64,000 nucleotides of DNA from Phallusia mammillata. Its lineage: Eukaryota. Of this stretch, positions 11,801 through 26,264 are shown piece by piece. A model generated the notes under the pieces. The model was not told where the DNA came from and made no database searches. It saw only the letters and a list, made by a program, of their open reading frames with translations. Numbering within the stretch: position 1 is the first letter of the stretch; the number at the start of each line of letters is the position of its first letter. The DNA lies in contig OZ281496.1 of assembly GCA_965637545.1 (NCBI GenBank), forward strand, positions 28,334,001 to 28,398,000, read 5' to 3'. A program made the translations under genes and the position numbers.

Positions 11801-14800
11801 CCCACAGCTTTAAAACGGATTTTAAATATTCTTGCTTGTTACAAAACCATTTTTTTCGTACTATAGATTTGTTCGTGTTTTTTTGGCACCGTTAGACAAT
11901 GCAATGTTTACGTTTTTTGTAATGACTAGGAAAAAAATCCGATGAATGTCGTTCGTTTTCCCACATTGTGAATGACGTTCTTGGTTCTTGTTATGAATGC
12001 CTTTAACTATCCTTAATAACAAAGTGGAACTGTATTTGTGCATTAGTGTTCATTCTTTTTTGGTTTTGGACTATTGTGGCATGTACACATGACAAGGTCT
12101 TCTAAATGTTGCTTAACTAACAAATAAATCGCCTTGGAAGCTGCTTAAATACGCATTCATTTATTGTGTACAAGCGCATCTCTAAATGTGTTGCCAGCTT
12201 TTGGAACTTTCATGCGCATCGTCAAAAATATTAGAGGCCAATTAACAACGGCGTTTCGTAATAACTTGGTTTAATCGTTACTCATATCCTTACGAATTCC
12301 CGTAAGAGCCAGTGCATATTACCTAAGCGGCAATCTGAGTCACAAGCAAACGTTGGATGTTCATCGATGGCCGTGTCAGCATGATGAGTAATTATACTAC
12401 AGAGCGCGGAGTATTGCTCGGGGGTAAACTATTGTGCACACGGCACTGAAATGAATACGAACGGTTTGAACTGTACGCGTGCAAAACATTTCCCATAGCT
12501 GTCTAGGTAATTATCCTTCAGAATACCTCGCAAGATATCGCAATTTCGACATACTATAACATTACTGTGCCCCGTGGTAAATATAAGTGAATTTGCGATT
12601 TGTGATTTTCATTTAAGGACAACGATCTGATATACTGATGCATATCAATTAGGTGAAATATATACAAGAATAACTTTAAGCTAAACATGAAATGTTCCTT
12701 GAGCAGATACAAGAGCAATCCATTATTTTAATGTTGAGTTACTAGGGAACGCAATAAGGACAGAATATATCATCGTGTCGAACCGCAATGCTTTATTCGT
12801 CCGAATTAATTTCTTCAAGTCGAACAACATTCTCTAAGACTTTGCATAATTAGGTTTCTATTATTTCACGCATCTTATGCTAGTATTGATTGTAACAGGT
12901 TTAAATTTGCACGCCCGCCGCGATAATCATGCATGCAGTGATGGACCACACACCAAATATAATTTCATATCGCCAAAGCGGATTTTTGATGTGCTGTGAC
13001 ACTTGTATCAGTAAATTTTGAATATCAGTAAAGGCTCTTAAACGAAAGTTGCTATATTCCAATAAAAATTGTTTCTTTTAACCTGAATTTAGACAAATGA
13101 ACGTTGCAAAATGGTTTGTAAATGTGGTACATTGATCAGTGGAGTAAATTTTGTAGAATAAATACTACGTTACATTAATCAAGTTTATCCAATGTCATTC
13201 CCAATAGTTAATGTAAGTACGTTGATAAACTCGTGATTTGTGATAAACTGAAATGGCATATCACACTTCCTGGCATTAAGGGGCCGGAATAAACAGAAAG
13301 CGTGACGTCAATTTCGTGTGCAAAAATGAGGAGAAGGCCGCGCGCAGAATGTAAATGGGCGTGTTATTTCAGGCTAGGCATTTCATGCTGGCTTTAAAAC
13401 TGTTAATCATACTCAGGTCTTCAAATGAAATATCAGCTTGACGAAGTCCAACAAGGCAAAACTGGCATTTTTTTGCTCAAATTTGAGTGATACACACCAC
13501 GAAATTGAATGGCTTAGCTAAAATTATATTTGAGCATGAGGTTAAGTCTTGGGTCAAGGCATGTTGAGAAGTACATTTATGAAGTGCCTAGTTCTAGTTT
13601 TTCTAATACAATATTCCATACGTCGAACCTGGCATAAAAGTATAAGTCACTAGCAGTTTATACCGTGTCAAATCATCTCTTTTTACGTTACAATTTCTGA
13701 ATTCTATGCGATGTAAACACTTTTTCAAGGTCATGACTTACTATTTGTAGGTCACGAGTTACTTACCGACGACTTCTCCAACCATGAAGAGAAAACTGAG
13801 ACCAGTTGCTATTAGCAACTTGCGCATTGCCCGATTCCGTTTCTTTTGTTCGATTTCAGAGCGCTCATCGGACGAATCGTGGCAATGCTCTGACTCTACG
13901 TCTGACTGGAAACCTCCTGTAAATATATAAACCAAATTCATGTCAGCCACATTCGTCAATATTGCAAATGTATTCTATTTTGACAGTTTAAGTAATTTTG
14001 GGGTTGGTGTTGTTTAGAGGGCAATTTAGTGCAGGAAAAAGGGTGCATTTTTGCCTTTCTTTCAGCAACTAAGAGACAGTAAAAAGGTATTGACATATAT
14101 GACTTTGCTGAAGTTTAAATGGTAATTTTTCACATGTAATGTCTAGGTTTTGGTTTCACCGTTTTTAGCCAGCAAGGTTTTAGAGATTTGCCAAATCTGA
14201 TTAACTATCGGCTTCAACCAAAGTTTCGATGAAATCCGTAATAAGGTTTTGACTTTGGTTTGAAATTCGTTGTGATGTTTCGAAAAACAAAAAACCTTAG
14301 TCCATCTTTGGTTGAGAAATCTCGCAATTCGACATCGTACGATATCTGTTGTGAGCTTGTATGTCATGAACGGGTTTGAAAGTCCTTGGAGACTTGTGTG
14401 GCTGCATAATGCGGCTGTCTGACAGTTGCTCGGAGGTAAAACATGACCCTTTCAGATTGAAATGTCGTTGTGGTCTCGCGGTTATTGACATTTCGTTATA
14501 TTGGGGCAGGAGCAACCCATGCAATCTGTCTTGCCAAAAGGAAATGCGATTTAAAAAAATGTGGCTATACATATCTAAAGTGAAATTGCCCAGTTGCTTA
14601 AAGACTTTAAATCTAGCGGTATTTATCACATCAAAAAGAAAATAAATTAGTCTGTTTTGGCTTTAAAGTGTATGTCGCTGTAAGTATCAATCCTTACTTA
14701 AATTGAGAAAACATATGCGTGTTTTATTTAATCTGATGAAAAACGAACCTTATGTATTTCACCCATCAGTAAATGAAACCAATTTTTGGGGGGATTTTTA

Positions 14801-17800
14801 GATTTCCCTTTCGTAACTTGCGTCATAGATGGCGTTGCATAGTATGTTGACGTAACCGTAAAATTTCATTATGCTAATCGATTTTTGATTATATCTGGTC
14901 TTTTATCATAAATGTTCTGTTGATCATTTCGGTCATAAGACATTGGGTTCCATTTAAAACAGTAGTCTGTGATTGTTTACGTTAAGTTTTCGTCAAAAAT
15001 TGGACATAACTTAGCTCTTTTGGTTTAGAATACTAGGCTACGTTAGCTCAAACGGTCAATCTCTTGTCACCAGCTGCACCGATAAGAACCTATAGATCCA
15101 AACAATGTGCATTGTCTGTGTCTCAAGGATGCTTTGACTTTGCAAGAAAGACCTATAATCGTTATTTTTATAACTTCCATATGATTTTCCATTCCTAGTG
15201 GTTTAACGCATATTTTGGAGGCGTACAAACTGACCCAAGCACGATTGCGTAACATAAACGTGAATGGGTTAACAATGAGAACAATGGATCACGTCCGATT
15301 AAAATCATTTGCAAACTTCCCTAAATAATCATTTGTGTGTTGGGAAAAATGCTGTACATTTTTGGTATCAATTGGTTGAGCGTCATTGTGAGAACATAAA
15401 CGCGTCATAACACCTGCTAATAGGAGCTTTATGGTTACCAAATTTAAGTACATCGGTAAATATTTGCAGTAGCCCGCGGGTTTGCGTTAGTCTTACTCTA
15501 TGTTTCCCTAAAATAAACTTTAACCGCAATACCTAATGCGACCACAAGATATGATCCATAATGAAACGAAAATCGTAAGCACGTTCTGAACCTGTATACA
15601 ATCGAATTCAAAACAACTTGATAATCGTTTAATCGAAAGTGACTACCCGCTCTAACATTGCTGCAAACTTGTCTTAAGTACAACTGAATATTTGCCGAAT
15701 TTGACAAATGCTCAGAAACCTCTGTCAGTATGTTGTGTCAATTAACATAATCTTCGTTGTCAAACTGTTTGTGTTATGTAGTTTTTAGAAAGTCATTGTG
15801 TTGATTGGCTGGCGCGGCCTTTGGTGATTACTCTTTGTGCCATTACACTTAACGCTTCTCTTTGTGATTTGCTTTAATGGACTTTGTTCGCTGTGGACAA
15901 GAAAACCGATTCATATGGTCTTTTGAGAGCTTTTTTCACAAGACTTATATTCTGATAAACTATACGCAAAGCAAATTTATACGTAAGTCATTTAACATTT
16001 TTACTATGCTTACCGTGGTTATGTGAGGACGAATGTGGTACTTGAAGTCCGTATGACTGCACATGATCATCACTGGTGCTCGAATCGCCATCATTATTAC
16101 CCGCGTTACCTCGTCGTTCCCTGCTGCTTCTGCTTTTGTGTGGAGACGAACCGCTGACCAGAAGCTCGTTGCCTTGCTTCGAGTTGCTTCTCCCGGCTTT
16201 TAGAATGCCTTTAACGCCGTTTGAGGGGCTGTAACTTGCCAAAGTCTCGGCTGTGTCTAGGTTAACCTCAGATGTACCACCGTAAGCAGTGGCATGGTTA
16301 TCAGCTCCGCGTAGAGGCGTACGGACGTCCTTGGCTTTTTTATGCTTATGGCGGGCTTGAATAGGTGCAGTACTTTGTCCGTTTTTCTGTTTGGCACGGG
16401 CAAGAACAGCGCTGTCATCGGTATCGAGGTCTGATTCGCTGCCAGTTGATTTGCCATTCAGTCCCACGCGTTTTCGTCGCGCCTGATCGTCGGATTCTGA
16501 AAAAGCCGGCGATTCGCCCGAGCTTCCGTTCATTTTTCGCCGTGTTTCTGAACTCGTATTGTGGTAAGATTTACCGCTGCGTCCCATCTCTTCCGATTCC
16601 CTGCAAAAGTTTCCGTCCATATAGTTTACAACATTACGATAGTTGCGAATCAAAGATTGTGAACTATACAAGAATGCGGTTTAAAATTCATTTTGTAACG
16701 AAAGTTCGAGAACGATAAGAGCGCTTTACCGAATTGTTCATAACGATTGCAAAATTCCGAGATGCATGACATAACGTGACTATTTTTGTGACCAAGTTCC
16801 AATGACGTAACCCTGTAACAGTAAACGCGTTACAGATAGTTTTGGGTTTTGGTTTCTTAACGTGGACATTATAATAAAATACTCCGATTTTAGGCACATA
16901 GATAAATAGCTTGCAGTTGGAAAACGGGCAAATAAAGCCAAAACGCACTATTTTTTGCTATGTGAATTATTATTTGCTATACTAACTAAAGACATCGTGG
17001 TTTTAAAAAATATTTTCCGTGCGAATGTTCATTGGTGTAAAAACCGGTAATTTGACGGCCTGAAAAGCAACCAGGCAATACACATTGGCGCCGAGTCAGT
17101 TGCGCATGACAACCCAAAACAATGAAAGGAAAACGTTACATCGAGTGTGCGTGACGATGAAAATCTACGCAGTGTTGTTTTTTATGCGTTCGATTGTCCA
17201 AAAGCTTTAGTAAAGCCAGTATATTGCTGTAAACTTGGGCACCATTTGCGAAACACATTGTTGCTTCTTTAATATATGCCGTATTAACAATCCACACGTC
17301 GGTTAAAAGTATAATCCTTTTTCGAACCTGTTATTATCTATATACGTGTGACATAAACCCTTAAAGGTAAATGTTCACCCAATTTAGAGGCATAATATAC
17401 AGATTGTCAACAAGAGTTTGCATGTTGGTTCAACACCTGGGAATCAATTTAAATTTACTCAAATTGTAATAAGGTTTTATCAGGCGATGTGCGATGTGGT
17501 GTAAAAATACACACGCCTTGTTATTTACACCTTCTAGGACATCGGGCTTTTGTATTCATTGTATTCAAGTCATGTTTTCGTATCTTTGAACTTTACGGTT
17601 AGATATTCTGCGTAGTTTATCCGCCTTTTTTGCAAATAGCGCCAAATGCCATGAAGAAGCACACCCTCAATTACTGGTTGGCATTCGCACGCTTTTCCAC
17701 GTGAAGAATGGAACTAACAATTTCCAAAGCATCAAGTAGCACTGGGTGGGCTGAAATCAAGCTATTAGAGCGCTACAGGATTTATGTTTATAGACTCCAA

Positions 17801-18280
17801 ATCATTGTTAACACAACACGCCCGTATCTGCATTATCAGAACGTACATATATGCCAAAAGTCATTCGTATACGAATAATATATAGCAAGCAAATAAAGGT
17901 TTTAGGCGAAATACATATCAACACCCTTTATACATTTGGTTTGGTCGCGGATTTGTACACTGGGTTTGCAGATTTTGGCGAAATGCGAACGTTGTAGCCC
18001 CCTATGAGGTAATTTGCGAAGCATAAGAACAGAATGTTGTCAAAGCGTGAATATGTCGCCGTCAAGTAACGTTTACTTAACGATGAAAAGGTTTAATGGC
18101 GTGTACACAGGTTGGCAAGCTTCCCTTAAGGTTCAATATTCGGAAATCCAATGTGTAGGTATTGCGTCATTACCTTGCAAGGCTATCCTCTTCCATCAGT
18201 GACGTTTTCTCCGTTTTGTCGCCCTTCTTCAATTTCTCATCAATGAAATTCTGTATGTATTCAGGCTTTGGGAACGACAT
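5865..18280 (-). CDS. SLC30A2: Zinc transporter, SLC30A/ZnT (CDF family), ZnT2/3/4/8-like, 607 aa. Exons 18280-18174, 16663-16014, 13916-13767, 11168-11022, 10508-10355, 9180-9056, 7826-7717, 7228-7123, 6562-6428, 6004-5865
   Basis: CDF motifs [35 protein letters not shown], His-rich loop [59 protein letters not shown] and TIQVE. All introns are GT-AG with matching phase and the total of 1824 nt is divisible by 3. The symbol is the closest recognisable paralogue class; exact orthology is untested. Confidence 0.93.
8068..8287. mobile_element. ~220-bp foldback (MITE-like) element with a tRNA T-arm/B-box-like core, in a ZnT intron
   Basis: Outer arms TCACAGTAC...GCGCCATACCGA (8068-8104) and TCGGTATGGCGC...GTACTGTGA (8251-8287) are inverted repeats, as are inner arms AGAAAATTCTAGCCT (8121) and AGGCTAGAATTTTCT (8189-8203). 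GGTTCGAATCC occurs on the minus strand near 8141-8151. Confidence 0.7.
9285..9780. mobile_element. Non-autonomous hAT-type DNA transposon (MITE), 496 bp, in a ZnT intron
   Basis: TIRs CAGGGGTTCCCAACCT and AGGTTGGGAACCTCTG; perfect 8-bp TSD CTTTAAAG (9277-9284, 9781-9788); repeated subterminal (C/G)GTACCAC motifs. Confidence 0.9.
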
Positions 18281-21200
18281 GGTTGACTTTATTTGGTGTT
18301 ATGCTGGACTGAATTCCTGTCAAACCTCTGTCCTTAATCAATTTTAGATCCTATCTGGTCTGTAACAAAAGAACGCTATTATTATATCAGTGTATTTGAG
18401 CACTGTTGTTTATCGGTAAACCTTTTCACATGTGCGTATGGTGTAACAAATGTTTCAGTATTTCAGTCTACCCTTTGAATAAGCGTGAACGTACTTTGAT
18501 CTGTCATATGTGTCTACTATTTTCAAATTAACATAGGCAAGCGCCATTTTGGATCAAAATACCTCTGATAAATTGACTTTTACGACGTTCTTAATACGAT
18601 TTAAACAGCTAAACTTACTTTAAAGATGTGCTAACCATTAGCACACACCATGTATAGTCATTACGTTTTGTTATATTACGTGTACTTTATTAAAAAGCTC
18701 CTGTTGTCTTATATGTTAGAAAATTCGAGACGTTTGTCTGAAGCATTAGCGTCAAATTGCCAGCCATTTGTGTAAAAGGGTTTTACATTGGCGCAAGACT
18801 CTATTGCCTGTCTTTAGACTGAAGCGCCAAGATAAACAGCGTGATTGGCAGCGTTTCTGAGTTTATCGACATAACAGGAAAGATTGAACTATTGACAGCA
18901 GGCCTTGCGTGAAACACTGGCGTGAAGTATTATCGACAATCTTGATAGACAACCATTCAAATCGTGTCACTAAATGTTTAATTTACAAGTCATCAACTGC
19001 CCACTTCTGTCGAGTGACCCTATATTGCAAATACTAAATACACTTGCATGCCTTACGGAGAAATCTTAGGGATATCCATGTTATTGAATACCACAACGCG
19101 GCTCCACTTATAGGCAGTTTGTGCTGTAGTTAATGAATGCCAAAGTTTTGAATGGCGCTATGCGGTACTGTTATCTAGCCCGGCGTGTGCTGACAGCTGT
19201 CTTAATAGCTGATCAGTATTATCTGCATGCGTCTTGAGAAACCCCACTGCTGCTGAATGTGGAAATTACGCTGGTTTATTGCTTGCTTTTAGTTACATGC
19301 AGCTAACTAACATCCTAATAACAATCAACTCTCTTAGCTTTCGAAACATTTTAGTTGCGTACTCGTATCAAGCGAACTTTCGGTCTGAACTCGCTGAACA
19401 TGGCAAGGCACAAGGCGACCAAAATAGTAAGTTTAAATGACTCATACTACGCGTTTTAGCAAGTCAGCCTTCTGACTGTCTTTACAGAAAATCTGCACGT
19501 TGGTAAAGGCAGTTTTATTCTGGTGTTGCGCATTATGGAAACTGCCTCGTTTCCTGGCCGTAAACACACAACAACCAGTGCCGTGTGGAAACGCATGCTT
19601 ACTATCAGCTGTGCCGGCATGCCTTGTGCAAGCAGTCGAGCTTCAGTGGCGAGTGACTTAGGCCTTATCAATACTGCGCTACTTTTGTGCCGGTTCAGAG
19701 GGGAAGTAATACACTGTCGGGTGGTAACGATCTCTGTCAGAAGCGCCGCGTTTTTTGTTTTGCGCTCTCCCACAAACATCAACATTGATTTTGCTGCGCC
19801 GCGCCCCCTTGGGACTAGGGAGATGCATAAAAATCATTGATACGAAACGACAAGCAGGACCAACCGTCGACAACAGGACTTATTATCTGGCGGTCGTCTT
19901 TAATTATTTACATACTCCAAAGGGCATTTCGAACTCATTAAATGGCCAGATTAATGCAAAGCTACAATTGGTTAAATCGATACATCCGTTGAGATCGGTA
20001 AACATCGAAACCGGGATCGACGTTTCGTTCCCAGCGGTCTTTTGCGCTAGTCATTACTGTCTGCATATTTTATGCAAACCCAAGCGAAAGTTGATTGATC
20101 CTGGGCAGAGTTTGGGGGGTTTATCAAAGGACGATTAGTAGCGTAAGTTTTCGCCGAGGGTTTTAATAGTAATTGGCAGCTGTGATTGAAATTCAGAACA
20201 ATGGCACTGGAATAAAAGTGCACGTTGAAGCGATGGCCTTTCAACAATTATTTGCGTATTTATTGGGTTCATGAATTTCAAATATCGGACATCTTTGCAG
20301 GTTGATTGTAGGCTAAACTTTATGTGAAACTTTTATTTGCTACAGGGTGGCTGGAATATGTTGATAAGTGTTAAGAGCATTTTTAGCAGATTTAAATCGC
20401 TTTTTATGTGAAATAAACATCACCACCAAATGCGGAAAAAAACAAGTTTTAAAACTAACACAAAGCTAAATGAACAAAGGGATGTAATATCTTTCTGCTT
20501 TTTAGTTTATTTTTTCTTTGCAGCACGGTTTCGATTTAAGCCGCATTCCTTGAAAACAATCAATCCCAAATGCGTGAGTTTTTACACACAAGCCGTGATA
20601 GGGTGTTTGGGGCGTGTTTTGTATTCACGAAAGTTCGTTGGAAAGCTTGTTGTGACCTTTAATAAAAGACACTGTTACGAAAAAAGATTTTTCTGTCATC
20701 GGGTTAATTGGGTTCGCTCTTTCAGGCAATGATTAACTATCTTTACCCAATTTGTAATGCTATATTCCGTATCAATTTAATTCTAGAAGGGAATGTGGTT
20801 CAAATTTTTTCTGCTGCAAAACAGTTTTTTACCTTATAGATCTTAAACACCTTCAAGCAAACAAAGGTAATTACTTAGTTCTGTTCAACTTTTGTTGTAA
20901 ACACTAGTAATTTTTAGGTTGTTATAAATATAGTTACTCTCATAACCTTATGTTGTTTCACTAAACTTAATATCTTGTTGCTTTGGTTTACGTAGAAAGC
21001 TGGTAGTGATTCAAACACAGAATTCCCGGTAAAAATCCGCGGGCAAACATGTTTTTGAATGTGCCTGTGTAACTTAACCATGCAGGATGGCTGTACTTCC
21101 ATTTGGCATGACACGTTTTCGAGCTAAACAAGCATCCTACTTCCTATTTGACGCAACGCTTGGATAGTCGTACAAACCCACACTCCCACAATCACGATCT

Positions 21201-21585
21201 TGTGGCAACGCCAGTACTCAGTAATGCAATCAGGCGATCAGACGTAACACCAGCAGATAATACAACGCAAATCAATCTTCCTTGCGTGAACACCAACTTG
21301 GTCAATTGATTACTAAATCCTAAAGCCTAATTTAAAACTATCACCTTGCGAGACTAATTCGTTTATTTTTATTACGACTTATATTACACAATCATTTTAT
21401 CCCAAACTACCAAACTCGCGAAATTATATGTTAATGGGGCCTATACCATGTTCCTACGTTTAGTCACGATCCACTAGATTTACTCCCACGATTTTTCATT
21501 CCATAACGTTGTAACTTTGCATAGCTATTCCCGGCTTAGTGGCGGTTGTAGCGGCCACAATGTTTACATTAACGTTTGCATTTTC

Positions 21586-23895
21586 GTGTGCAAAAGCATT
21601 TTATACAACTACGGTAACTGGATTTCAGCTCGCCACAATAAGTTTTTAAAGATATAACATTTCCTTTCGTTTAATAGCTAAGAAATATTGAGTCATATTG
21701 TTCTTCTAGATTGTTTTGCACAAACCTACAGCGTTTGTTCATCATTACACATACGTCCTTCTGTTTGTACTGTCGTTTCCGGTTCGCGGTTCTAGCGCAA
21801 TTTTGTCGCTATAATTTTTAACACAAAATGAAGTAAACTCATTGGGGCTGCTAGGGATCTGCTTTGCCTACGCATTACATATGGATTGTGAAAATGAAAC
21901 CTTACATTACCGGATTTACATTTCAACGTCTACCTGCCAATTTCTAAACCCACTTCTTAATCTTTCACGATTGTGCTGAAAGTGAACTTTTTCAGCAAGG
22001 GACAGTGCATGAATCAAGAAATTCCCGTTGCCGTGTGCACCCGAAACAACAGTAAGAAGAAGACTCGGTTGTTGTGCCGGGTGCAAAAGCATTGACACTC
22101 TAAATGCTAGGAGTAATAAATTGCTCGAGGCTGCATACGCCCACTTAAGTCATGAGTAGAAGTCTATAGCTCGCCCGATACAAAGGTTTTAAACGTCAAC
22201 CGATAATGGAAAAGAGCGCCGCAAATAGCAATGTGATTATTGAAAATCCAAGCATTGTATTTAGTGCGTCAGATGGACTCGTAAAAGTAGAACCACTAAA
22301 AACAATTGAAATCGCGAAATGTCGCAGTATGCAAAACATGCCTACTCGACCGTGCGGTTTAGGGCAGTCCCACAAAAACCACGTTGGTATTTGCCTTTAC
22401 TTATCAATGTGGTACAGTGCGTAAATTTAATTAATTTAAAGCTAACCTTACGCTTGTTTTAATGTTTTTGTTGTGGTGTATGTAGTCGCTATTTGTCTCT
22501 TCATTTTGACCTTTAATCCTGTTAAAAATCTTGTCAGAGTTGGCGTGGTCGGTAAACGATCAAATAAGTTATATTTGGTCTGTTGTACACAAATTGACTT
22601 GTTTAAAACACGAATTTATTACACTGTGAAAACAAATACAAAGGCGTGTTAACGATCGAGGTTTTGCGTCCGACGCCCTTGTTTAAGTATCAACTTCATT
22701 CAAGTCGCTTTTGCCTTTAAAACAAACATTTTTTCCGCTTGGTCTTTCCTTGAAGTTTGGGTATGAAAAATTAAAACACAGGAAACCAAGAAAGGAAAAA
22801 AAACAATCACACACAAACGCGGACAGAAATTGTTTTTGTGTTTATCTTTGGTCTTTGTTGATTGATTGGAATTTCTTTTTTACACAACAAGGGACCAGCT
22901 TGCAAAGAGCTACCGATTTCTCCTACGTTTGACAATATTGAATGTAGCTATGTTTTGTCTTTACGATTAACCATTGCATAGACAGCCACTGGTGCTGAAT
23001 ATTTAAACCAAAGTTTTCAAACATATTTTTGCTACAATAAACGTCAAACTATTACCGATATGTAACAGTGAAACAGCATGTTTACATTGTATAGCTAATC
23101 GAAGGGTTTTTAACTATATACGAACCATTAGTGCTTTTATGATTTTCGATAACCTCGGTTTCCTTAACGACCGATTGAAAAAATATTTTGGAAAAATATG
23201 TGGCAATCAATCGTAAGGTTTAATGGATTGGATATCTAGGGACAAGACATTTCTTTCTACAGGTGGAAACTACGAAAAAATATTTTCTACGTTGGTATAT
23301 ACTGCTTTGGTAAATGTGTAGTTTTGTGGTGTCTCGCACCAACCAATGAACGACAAACGTGGTGCAAGAATGTTGTGGTTTTTGTGTGCAGGAAGATCCG
23401 TGTGCAAAAACTTCCGTTGAGCCCAGTTGCGCCATTTCGCCGCTTGCGTCTTAACGAGGCAGTAAATGACTGTCAATGTGGGTAAACGATAATTAATTAA
23501 TCATAGGTTACGACTTAAAACGGAGAGAACATACTTTGATTGAATATTAGTATACTGTTATAAACTGCAGTTGAACAGTTTGCCGACATGGTGTTTATTT
23601 GTTAAAACAAATGCACACTTTTGTGAATCTCTTGTTATTATTATTAGTCGCTCAATGTACCATAAGCAAAACGAAACGTTTTCTTAGTGAGTTTCCATTG
23701 AAAACAATTTAACTTGATTTCACGAGTATGGTTTGCAACAGTTAGAATGGATAGAAGAAAACAAAAGGCATTGCCTGGAGCAATAACGCCTTTGTTTGTC
23801 TCCAGCACGAACTCAGCATGCAAGATTAAAGCAATTACTTTGCCGAAAACAGCAAATTATTACTTTGTCCTTTCTGCATCGTCCTTTCTGCACAC
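21586..23895. promoter_or_regulatory. Cluster of metal-response-element cores (TGCRCNC) upstream of the zinc transporter
   Basis: Cores at 21586, 22033, 22036, 22079, 23384, 23400, 23612 and 23889 on either strand. Function is inferred from MTF-1 biology only. Confidence 0.35.
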
Positions 23896-26264
23896 TAGTG
23901 TTAAATAAGTTTCTCTTTCAACTTCTGGAAATGTAAATGCATTTTTAATGGCTTATTTGAGCGTAAGCGTTTTGCATACTCGTCAGAAGTTTTAAAAAGC
24001 GGCAACATCTGTATAGCAATATTGCCATTTGCCAACTAACACATGGTTTATTTCCCAAGTTTGGAAAATGTTTATTTCCAGGTTAAAACCAGTTGACAGT
24101 GTTATAAAAACATATTAATTTCGCTAAAAAACATCTTCAGTGTCTGTATGAACGGTGGAAATCGTTGCGACAATGGCAATAGAACAGGGAATGATTCCCA
24201 GAAACAATTTACCAAGCTTTATAATGGTTTATGTGGTAATAATTTTTTTAATAAGTTTAATTCTTTAAAGACTATGTAAATAACACAAACTCATAACCAT
24301 TGTGCACGGATCCTGACCGTTTTTCTCCATTGATTTCCAAGCGGTTGCTCATTAGCGCCACTTAAGACGGATTTTAAGGAGTCGAAGCTTTTGCTAGTGG
24401 GCGTGTCTGTCCCCTTACGAGTGAAACCAACTTTTTTCTTGGCATAATGCTCTGGAACGCAGCCCTGCCACAAACAACTTGATCTAAAGTATCCTAAAAA
24501 GTTCTGTGTCATATATTCTGACCTGTATTTGGGCAAAGGGTAAAACCATGATCCATAGATTCCTTGTTTCACATTCCAGATTATTTTACTGAAACGTTAC
24601 TGCAATTAAATGTTGATTAATTTCAAATAGTGAAATGTTTTTGTGTTTTTTTGGCTTACAATGTTTGATTTTCTTGCTCGATTTAAATGGTTGTTTATAG
24701 GGTTATACGTATAGTTAGCGTGTACATTTGATATTTCCCAATAACGAGCTTCATCAAACCCATGAAAGGACGACTTTGCCCTTTTCTTTATTCTCTATTT
24801 TCCAACTATGTTCTAGCAGCTTTATATATATCACGCCCGATTTAGAAAATACCGCAACACAATAGAGCTAAACTATGCGCAAAACGTTCTGTTGCCCAAA
24901 CAGCTACGTTGATTCTTCCGCTTTCCCTCCATTGATTTGTTGCACAACAATAGCGGTTTGGTCACGCTCATGGCAACGGCCTGCCCTGTTGCCTAGCCAT
25001 ACTGACGTCATCGCATGTTGCCATAAGCCATCACTCAATAACAATGTGCTAATTACATCGGTTACTGATATTGAATTGACGATCTGGGCTTACGAAATCT
25101 AAAGAAGGGTATATACACCTTGTCCTATTCTACAGTGTTGCGTTGAAGTTGGGTTAATAAATAGTTTAGATTGTTGATAACACGTGTTTCAGAAGATTTT
25201 GTACTGATGCATGTTTTACAGAAACAGAATTTAGCCAGTTTGGACTAATTGCAAGGTATTTTTAAGCATAAACGGTAAAAAGAGTGTGTTTGAAGTTAAA
25301 AGCAATTTTACTTGTGACAAATGGCATCAGGCAGATAACAAGGTTATAAACGCCCAAACTATTTTCTGAGGCACATTAAAAAGCTGGTGATTTCCGTTTT
25401 TAAAGACTTCATTCCGTTTCTAAAGACTTTATAAAGAGTTTATCACATTTTTTCTCGATAAAATTTTGTGCTTCGTGAGTTGATGTCCTTCTTTGGGGCA
25501 TGTGATTTTTGTAAGTATGTTAACAAGGTCGTAAATGTTTGTCAATTCAAAGCTACCTATAGAACTTTGTAACGGGGCTCACAGACTTTAAAAAAGCGAT
25601 TTTTTATGTATTTTTTGTATGTCGAAAACCGGTACGTATACCAGTGTTTTCCCACAATTGATAGTGCAGTGACAGGAAGAAATGTGCCGTGATTGTAAAA
25701 TGCGCCGTGGAATAGAACAAAGGTAACGCGAGAAAATGTAAGCAAAGCACAATAAGGTCCTACATGTTGTACCTTGAAGACAAACACAACAAAATTCGAG
25801 GCAAACCTATTTGTCACTTGTTGAGTGGTACCTTGGTTAAAAAAATCTATTTGAGAGTGTGTAATAAGTTGCGACAAACAATTTCAAGAAATGCAATTGC
25901 ATCGTCCGGCCGCATATCTGTGCTAACGAGCAGCAACTGAAAGATAACACTAATAAAATGACCATTATTATCGATAACACTGAGCTTAATGTGAAAACTA
26001 AGCAACAATGATATTTTGTGTTTTCATTATATTTAAATCAGGGGTCCTAATCTGTAGTATTCCACCCAAGTGTGTTGCAAGTTTTTGCGTCCAAAAAGTA
26101 CTTCAGTCATGCAGTACATGTTTGAAGACGAACAGTTTTTAAATAATTTAACAGTGGGAGGTAGAAAAGATGTTGAGACGTCTCAATTTCAAACCTTCCA
26201 GTTGGCTTTTCCCAGTATGCTGAATGAAACATAAATAGGTTTGCCTAAATCTTACACATAAACA

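Noticed and set aside
24291-24572. 93-aa minus-strand ORF between NIPAL and ZnT
   Set aside because: No recognisable motif and no partner exons found; it cannot be supported as a gene without expression data.
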